This document shows positions 58,698 to 64,000 of a DNA stretch of 64,000 nt, piece by piece (positions within the stretch are counted from its first letter, which is position 1; every line of letters starts with the position of its first letter). The stretch is from assembly GCA_965198225.1 (NCBI GenBank), contig CBDAOY010000007.1, positions 544,001 through 608,000 of the forward strand, given 5' to 3'. The DNA comes from Terriglobia bacterium. GTDB taxonomy: Bacteria > Acidobacteriota > Terriglobia > 20CM-2-55-15. The notes under the pieces were generated by a model, which saw only the letters and a program-made list of their open reading frames with translations, was not told the DNA's origin and searched no databases. A program made the translations under genes and the position numbers.

Positions 58698-59861
58698 CTA
58701 TCCCGTTGCGCAGACGAAGTCCGGAATGGCTTCCAGATCGATGCTGGCGTTTTCACCGCACGTCTGACAGTTGGGATCGCGTCGCACATTGAACTGGCGG
58801 AAAGTCGCGCCGAGAGCGTCGTAAACCATCAGACGTCCGGACAGCGGATCTCCGATATCGAGCAGCAGCTTGATGGTTTCCGTTGCCTGTATGATGCCGA
58901 TGATTCCGGGCAGCACGCCGAGAACGCCCGCTTCGTCACAGCTCGGCGCCAACTCCGGCGGCGTCGCTACGGGGTACAGACAGCGGTAGCAGGGTCCTTT
59001 ATAAGGGATGAACGTAGAGGCCTGGCCGTCGAAACGAAAGATGCTGCCGTAGGCTACCGGTTTTCCCAGCATCACCGCCGCGTCGTTGACGAGATAGGCG
59101 GTGGCAAAGTTGTCAGAACCGCTCACAATGACGTCGTATCCAGAGAGGAGGTCGAGCGCGTTCGACGCGTCGAGCCGAAGGTTGTGAGTCAGTACCTTGA
59201 CGTCGGGGTTGACCTCAAACAGAGTCCGGCGGGCGGAGTCGGTCTTGGGTATTCCGACCGATGAGCTCCAATGCAGAATCTGTCGCTGCAGGTTTGATTC
59301 ATCCACGACATCGTTGTCGATCAGGCCGAGTGTCCCGACTCCGGAGGCCGCCAGGTAGACCGCTGCGGGCGAGCCCAGGCCCCCCGCACCGACGAGCAGC
59401 ACCTTGCTCTTGAGAAGCTTCAGCTGACCTTCCTCGCCGACTTCAGGGATTTTGAGATGGCGGCTGTATCGGGCCATCTGATCCTTACGCACAGACTCCG
59501 GGACTTCGAAATCGTAACCGCTGTTCTTCCACGCCCCGTATCCGCCCGCCATCGAGACGACATTTTGATACCCAAGCTCACTCAGACTCTTCGCGGCCAG
59601 GGCAGAGCGGACGCCACCCGCGCAGTACAGAATGATCGGACCCTCCTTGTCGGGGACGATCCGCTCCACTTTGACTTCGAGGAAGCCACGGGGCAGAAAG
59701 AGGGCGCCGCGGAGGTGTCCCTCGTCCCATTCATCCTTCTCGCGGATGTCAATCAGGGTGAAGTCATTGTCGCCGTTCAGCTTATCGTTGACTTCCTGGA
59801 CACTCACCTCGCGGATCTCGGCCTTCACTCCGGCGAGCATTTCTTTGAAGTTCGAACTCAT
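58698..59861 (-). CDS. moeB: MoeB/ThiF adenylyltransferase with N-terminal rhodanese domain
   Basis: LYCAGGVRS; RYSRHL, GAGGLGSP, SNLQRQ, CYRC, CQTC. Confidence 0.88.
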   Translation of the reverse strand: MSSNFKEMLAGVKAEIREVSVQEVNDKLNGDNDFTLIDIREKDEWDEGHLRGALFLPRGFLEVKVERIVPDKEGPIILYCAGGVRSALAAKSLSELGYQNVVSMAGGYGAWKNSGYDFEVPESVRKDQMARYSRHLKIPEVGEEGQLKLLKSKVLLVGAGGLGSPAAVYLAASGVGTLGLIDNDVVDESNLQRQILHWSSSVGIPKTDSARRTLFEVNPDVKVLTHNLRLDASNALDLLSGYDVIVSGSDNFATAYLVNDAAVMLGKPVAYGSIFRFDGQASTFIPYKGPCYRCLYPVATPPELAPSCDEAGVLGVLPGIIGIIQATETIKLLLDIGDPLSGRLMVYDALGATFRQFNVRRDPNCQTCGENASIDLEAIPDFVCATG

Positions 59862-59995
59862 GATTCTCCTCTTCCCGATTGCAGGAAGTTAATCAATCAA
59901 CTTTGTCATGTTGCGATCTTCAAAAGTACAACAAAGTGAGAGTTTTGGGAAGCCCGCAGGCGTTTTCGGTAGTGTCCTAGAGGACACCACCGACG

Positions 59996-60691
59996 TTATG
60001 CCGCCTCCCAGTCATCGCCCCGGGCTCTCAGATCGTCGAGGACCTGCTGCATTCGGTCGTGACATCGGCGGACTTCATCCTCAGTGGCGTCGGCCCGGAT
60101 CCAGATTGGAGCTGCCTGGAACACCCTCGCCCGTGTAAAAGGCAAAGGGATCTGAAAGTGATCCCAGCTGTCGAACTGAATCCGGCGTTTCATCGCGATG
60201 TGGAAGCAGAAGATCGCGGCTCCTGTTTTCCGAGCAAGGATTGCCGGACCCTGTTTGGCGACGTAGCGTGGCCCACGCGGCCCATCGATGGTGAACGCAA
60301 CGTCGTATCCGGCACGTATGCCGCGCGCCATTTCAGCCAACGCCCGCAGTCCCGCCCTCGAACTGGATCCCCTCGCGGCTCCGTAGCCGTGCCTGCGGAT
60401 ACATCGCGCGATGTATTCACCGTCGAAATTGAGACTCGTCATCACGATGATGCCGCGGTTCCTCCAGTACCAGGTGGCGGGGAAGATGCGGCCATGCCAG
60501 AAGGTGAAAATTGCCCGGGATCCCGCGTTGTGGATTCCGTCGAGATGTTCCGATCCAGTGGATTCCCAACGCACGCTGCGCCCGATGATCGCAGTCATCC
60601 AGTATCCGACAGATGCGATGGCTGCGATCTTGACGCGCTGGCTCAGGGAAAAACGGCGTGCGTCGTCGATGGCCTGTTGCGCGTTTATCAG
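59996..60691 (-). CDS. DUF374 lysophospholipid acyltransferase family protein (start at 60598 ATG or upstream CTG at 60691)
   Basis: FWHGRI, DGEYIA, RGSSSR, DGPRGP, SWDHFQIPLPF. Confidence 0.85.
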   Translation of the reverse strand: MINAQQAIDDARRFSLSQRVKIAAIASVGYWMTAIIGRSVRWESTGSEHLDGIHNAGSRAIFTFWHGRIFPATWYWRNRGIIVMTSLNFDGEYIARCIRRHGYGAARGSSSRAGLRALAEMARGIRAGYDVAFTIDGPRGPRYVAKQGPAILARKTGAAIFCFHIAMKRRIQFDSWDHFQIPLPFTRARVFQAAPIWIRADATEDEVRRCHDRMQQVLDDLRARGDDWEAA

Positions 60692-60828
60692 AGGTAGTCT
60701 TTGGGATTGCGTACGAACTGGTCCTTACATCCGGAGGAGCAGAAGTAATACTCTTGACCCTTGAACTCGGTCTTGTACTCGGCAGTGTCTGGTTCGACCA
60801 ACATCTGGCAGACTGGATCGGTTTCCAT
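60688..60828 (-). CDS. YHS-domain small protein (46 aa, not in the ORF track)
   Basis: METDPVCQMLV...GQEYYFCSSGCKDQFVRNPKDYL; RBS AAGGAG. Confidence 0.88.
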   Translation of the reverse strand: METDPVCQMLVEPDTAEYKTEFKGQEYYFCSSGCKDQFVRNPKDYL

Positions 60829-60839
60829 CCGGTTCTCCT

Positions 60840-61130
60840 TCAAATCTGTTCGAGAAGCTCACCCATCTCCTGGCGATTCTTGCGGTCGCGTACGCCGGCG
60901 CGATCCTGTATCCAGAACCGCGACGCCTCGCGGACGATATCCTCCGCCGACGGGATGCCTGGTGCTTCGACTTCGCCCCCGGAGTTCTTGACGGCTGATT
61001 TCCGCTTGAGAAGCTTTCCGTCCATAACCATCAGGCTCCCGTAGAGGGGAGCGTCGACCGTCACCAGCGTCTTGGTCTGGCTCGAGAATATACAAATCTT
61101 TTCGATCGAGAGCTCGGAGACGTCGACCAT
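60840..61130 (-). CDS. Hypothetical protein
   Basis: RBS AAAGGAG; co-oriented and closely spaced with the YHS gene. Confidence 0.65.
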   Translation of the reverse strand: MVDVSELSIEKICIFSSQTKTLVTVDAPLYGSLMVMDGKLLKRKSAVKNSGGEVEAPGIPSAEDIVREASRFWIQDRAGVRDRKNRQEMGELLEQI

Positions 61131-61297
61131 GCCGCACTCCTTTCCGATCGGCCCCGGCCACTTCCTGCCGGGAGCGGATCAGGGGTGGCAACAAGGATAA
61201 ATCAAAAGCGGTCGGGAGAAAACCCGGTCCGGGAACTGTTGCCGACGATTCATCCAATGTTCGATGTGAAACGACCCGAAGTTCCTGCCGTCTAAAC

Positions 61298-61314
61298 TTG
61301 GCAAGCAAAATGCT
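61298..61314 (+). promoter_or_regulatory. Candidate sigma-54 (-24/-12) promoter
   Basis: TTGGCAAGCAAAATGCT, GG-N10-GC spacing, just upstream of the RBS of 61340. Confidence 0.5.
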
Positions 61315-61339
61315 CGGTGGATGGTCCAGGAGGTGAACC

Positions 61340-61501
61340 ATGATCTGTCCAAGATGTATGACTGAAGGGGAAGTTGCTTATTCGGCGCTGTCTAACGGGT
61401 TGGTGTGTCTGGTTCCCGAGTGTGGATGGGAGCAGGAGCTGGATTCCGCCGAAGCCTACGAACTCGTTGTCGGATTCGAAGAGACGGCACTCTGTGCCTG
61501 A
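61340..61501 (+). CDS. Small Cys-rich zinc-ribbon-like protein (53 aa, not in the ORF track)
   Basis: MICPRCMTEGEVAYSALSNGLVCLVPECGWEQELDSAEAYELVVGFEETALCA; strong RBS AGGAGGTG. Confidence 0.7.
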   Translation: MICPRCMTEGEVAYSALSNGLVCLVPECGWEQELDSAEAYELVVGFEETALCA

Positions 61502-61563
61502 GCCCGGAAAGATCTAAGGCGACTGTAAGGCCAATTAAAACAGTAATATGGAAGTAGGGATCC

Positions 61564-61860
61564 CTACTTCACCCGGGCGATCAGCAACCCGCTCCGGTCA
61601 CGAATAAGGCCTCTCACTCCAAGGTGTCTACAGAGTAGTGCCGCCTTTTTGACGTTTTCAGCCGCGACGGTCAATATTTTGACCGGTTTCGGGGACTTCT
61701 TCAGCTGCACGAGAACCGACGTCAATTCATTCAGATCGTCTCCGTCTATCGAATACTCCTCGACCATCTCGTCTACAGGAATCGTCGACCGCTTCCACCG
61801 TCCTGAGGTGATTCCCAACCGTTTTCGGTGTCCCGGCCGGTCATGGGGCAGATCTGGCAT
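61564..61860 (-). CDS. Hypothetical protein
   Basis: RBS GGAGGA upstream; no motif recognised. Confidence 0.55.
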   Translation of the reverse strand: MPDLPHDRPGHRKRLGITSGRWKRSTIPVDEMVEEYSIDGDDLNELTSVLVQLKKSPKPVKILTVAAENVKKAALLCRHLGVRGLIRDRSGLLIARVK

Positions 61861-61974
61861 CGCTTCCTCCCTCCATATCTACTACTATCGGTGATTCGCT
61901 CAGTGACAGTTAATCCGGCGCGGAAAAGTTCCAGCCCCCTTGCGGCGAACCAGCCGCGATATAGAATCGGATCA

Positions 61975-62676
61975 ATGAAAACGAAGTTGATGCTGTTCGA
62001 CGTGGATCTGACTCTGGTGAACACTGGTGGTGCCGGACTGCGAGCCCTGGATCGAGCCTTCCGAGAAGTTCTTGAAGCAGAAAACGCCACCGATGGCGTG
62101 CTGCCGCACGGTAAGACCGACCTGGCCATCATCCGCGAAATCTGCCACCGGAGCGATCTGCCCGATATCGTCGAGGTCGAGTCGGTTGTTGCCAGTTTGC
62201 TCGAACGCTATGTCTACTACCTTGAAGACGAGGTTGCGAACTCGGACAATTATCGTGTTCTTCCGGGAATTCGAGAGATTCTGGTGGACATGCAGAACCG
62301 CGGCGACGTCCTGACCGGACTGGCGACCGGCAACGTCGAAATCGGAGCGCGAATCAAGCTCGAGCGCGGGGGACTGAACGGGTATTTTCCGTTCGGAGGG
62401 TTTGGTTCGGATTCCGAGGACCGATCCGACGTCGTGCGGAAGGCGGGGCGGGCTGGAGCGGAGTGGCATCGGGCCCGGATCGATCCCGACGACACGTTTG
62501 TCATCGGAGACACCTCGAGGGACGTGGCCGCGGGCAGGGAAGCTGGTTTTCGGACCGTGGGCGTGGCGACCGGTCGCCATAGTGTCGAGGAACTCAAAGC
62601 CAGCGGAGCCGATCTAGTGATTTCCGACTTCGAATCTGGCCGCGATCAGTTCTTGCGCTCCACACGCATCACGTAG
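61975..62676 (+). CDS. HAD-family hydrolase (phosphoglycolate phosphatase-like)
   Basis: FDVDLTL, LATGN, IGDTSRD. Confidence 0.88.
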   Translation: MKTKLMLFDVDLTLVNTGGAGLRALDRAFREVLEAENATDGVLPHGKTDLAIIREICHRSDLPDIVEVESVVASLLERYVYYLEDEVANSDNYRVLPGIREILVDMQNRGDVLTGLATGNVEIGARIKLERGGLNGYFPFGGFGSDSEDRSDVVRKAGRAGAEWHRARIDPDDTFVIGDTSRDVAAGREAGFRTVGVATGRHSVEELKASGADLVISDFESGRDQFLRSTRIT

Positions 62677-63737
62677 ATGTCGACTCGGTCGAGCGGGCGC
62701 TCCGCGTAGGCTTCGACCAACTCTATTTCCCCAACGACATCCATCCCTTCCACGACGTGACCAAACACCGTGTAGAAGTCATCCAGCGGTGGCTGGTCCC
62801 CGAGCACGATGAAGAAGGACGTCAGCGCGCTGTCGCGTGCTTCTCCGCGAGCCATAGACACGATTCCGGCCGTGTGCCTGATGTCGTTGATCTCGGCGTT
62901 GATCGGCACCACGAATTCCTGGGCGGCCTGCGGGTAGGGTTCGGTCCGGGTGTTCAGGTCCCCCGCCTGGATTACGAATCCCGGCGCGACTCGGTGGAAG
63001 GCCGTCTTGTCGTAGACACCCAGTGCCGTCAGCCTCAGAAAGTGGCGTACGTGGTTCGGTGCCTTGTCGGGAAAGAACTCCAGAACGATGTCCCCCCTGG
63101 AAGTCTCCATCACGACACGGTGTTCGGCGAGTTCCTCGATTGTTTCTTCGGTGAACGGCGGAACCGGCGGCGGAGGGATCGGCCGGATCGTGATCCCCAG
63201 GATCTCTATCCGTTCCTCCGCAATCTGTTTTTCATCGGTCGGAGCCATCGAAATTCGGTCGACGACTTCCAATCCCTGGACGACGCGGCCAAAGGCGGTG
63301 AAGAGGCCGGTGAACTGCGGTTGGTCCCCGACACACACGAAGAACTGTGCGCCCGCGCTGCTCGCCTCCCCGGGCAACAGTGTGGCGACCACGATGCCGC
63401 TCGTGAATTCAAGGTCGCTGATTTCCGGTTCGAGCCCCATGTTGAAACCGCCCGAACCATACAGTTCTCGCTGTTCGGGCTCCCTCGTCAGTGGGTCCCC
63501 GGTCTGAACGATCCCGTGGGCCACCATGCTGTGGAACGTCGTCCCGACGTAGAAATCCTCGCGCGCCAGCTCGAGGAAGTGATCGACGTGGCTGGGCGCC
63601 TGTTCGGGGTAGAACTCCATGACGAACGCGCCTTCCGACGTTTCGATGACAGCCTGGATTTCATCGAGACCGAGTGAGGCGACGTCCTCGGGCTGGCCCT
63701 GCTGAAACAGGAGGAAGAAGAGAAAGAATGCGGTCAT
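62646..63737 (-). CDS. Secreted peptidyl-prolyl isomerase with two cyclophilin domains
   Basis: Two copies of the ETS.G...APxHV..F...FH...Q.GD...FF...FG.VV.G..VV pattern. Confidence 0.88.
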   Translation of the reverse strand: MTAFFLFFLLFQQGQPEDVASLGLDEIQAVIETSEGAFVMEFYPEQAPSHVDHFLELAREDFYVGTTFHSMVAHGIVQTGDPLTREPEQRELYGSGGFNMGLEPEISDLEFTSGIVVATLLPGEASSAGAQFFVCVGDQPQFTGLFTAFGRVVQGLEVVDRISMAPTDEKQIAEERIEILGITIRPIPPPPVPPFTEETIEELAEHRVVMETSRGDIVLEFFPDKAPNHVRHFLRLTALGVYDKTAFHRVAPGFVIQAGDLNTRTEPYPQAAQEFVVPINAEINDIRHTAGIVSMARGEARDSALTSFFIVLGDQPPLDDFYTVFGHVVEGMDVVGEIELVEAYAERPLDRVDIYVMRVERKN

Positions 63738-64000
63738 GGTTCTCTCAATCGCAGGTCTTCGGCTTCCATTTTTAGATTCAGGGTTCTCTCGATCGAACGT
63801 TCCACACGCGCCCTGCGTCGACGTTCGAGATCGGCCTTCCTGGTCAATCCCCGGTCCTCGAGTTCGGCGATCGATTCCCCGAGCCGGACCAGTCGCTGAT
63901 CGTAGAGAGCTAGGGCCCGGTTGTAATCGTCGATCGCGTCGGAGTACCGCTTGCGCTGGACGTAGATGGCGCCTCTGGAAAAATAGGCGTCGGCATGGCG
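63734..64000 (-). CDS. TPR-repeat protein, C-terminal part (5' end outside window)
   Basis: HADAYFSRGAIYVQRKRYSDAIDDYNRAL; ATGA overlap with the PPIase start. Confidence 0.75.
   Translation of the reverse strand, partial: RHADAYFSRGAIYVQRKRYSDAIDDYNRALALYDQRLVRLGESIAELEDRGLTRKADLERRRRARVERSIERTLNLKMEAEDLRLREP

Noticed and set aside
1-64000. tRNA, rRNA or riboswitch genes
   Set aside because: None recognised by eye; an Infernal/tRNAscan run would be needed to exclude them.

Overview
A GC-rich bacterial chromosome segment, probably Acidobacteriota (inferred from the ADOP-type orphan permease, futalosine-pathway MqnE and the intergenic repeat types). It is mostly housekeeping: an isc Fe-S operon (iscR-S-U-A-hscB-hscA-iscX, with no ferredoxin), agmatinase, a deoxyhypusine/homospermidine synthase-like gene, YgfZ, DnaJ/CbpA, Lon, HtrA, ThrC, acyl-CoA dehydrogenase, MqnE, MoeB, several peptidases and a hybrid sensor kinase. 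The most unusual part is a ~2.5-kb integrase-less islet (31120-33647). It is bounded by a 107/108-bp direct repeat of the 3' end of a 5'-3' exonuclease gene. It carries two tandem nitrile-hydratase-like-leader (NHLP) RiPP precursors with near-identical leaders and variable cores bearing repeated [VIM]GPC motifs. It also carries a divergent PhyH-fold Fe(II)/2-oxoglutarate enzyme with the halogenase-type HxA motif instead of HxD, frameshifted in this assembly. The intergenic DNA holds a MITE with 30-bp terminal inverted repeats, GTAG-type REP elements, inverted heptamer arrays at convergent gene ends and several other dispersed repeat families. Scattered single-base indels and short duplications suggest residual assembly errors. 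All product calls come from motif recognition by eye; no database searches were run.
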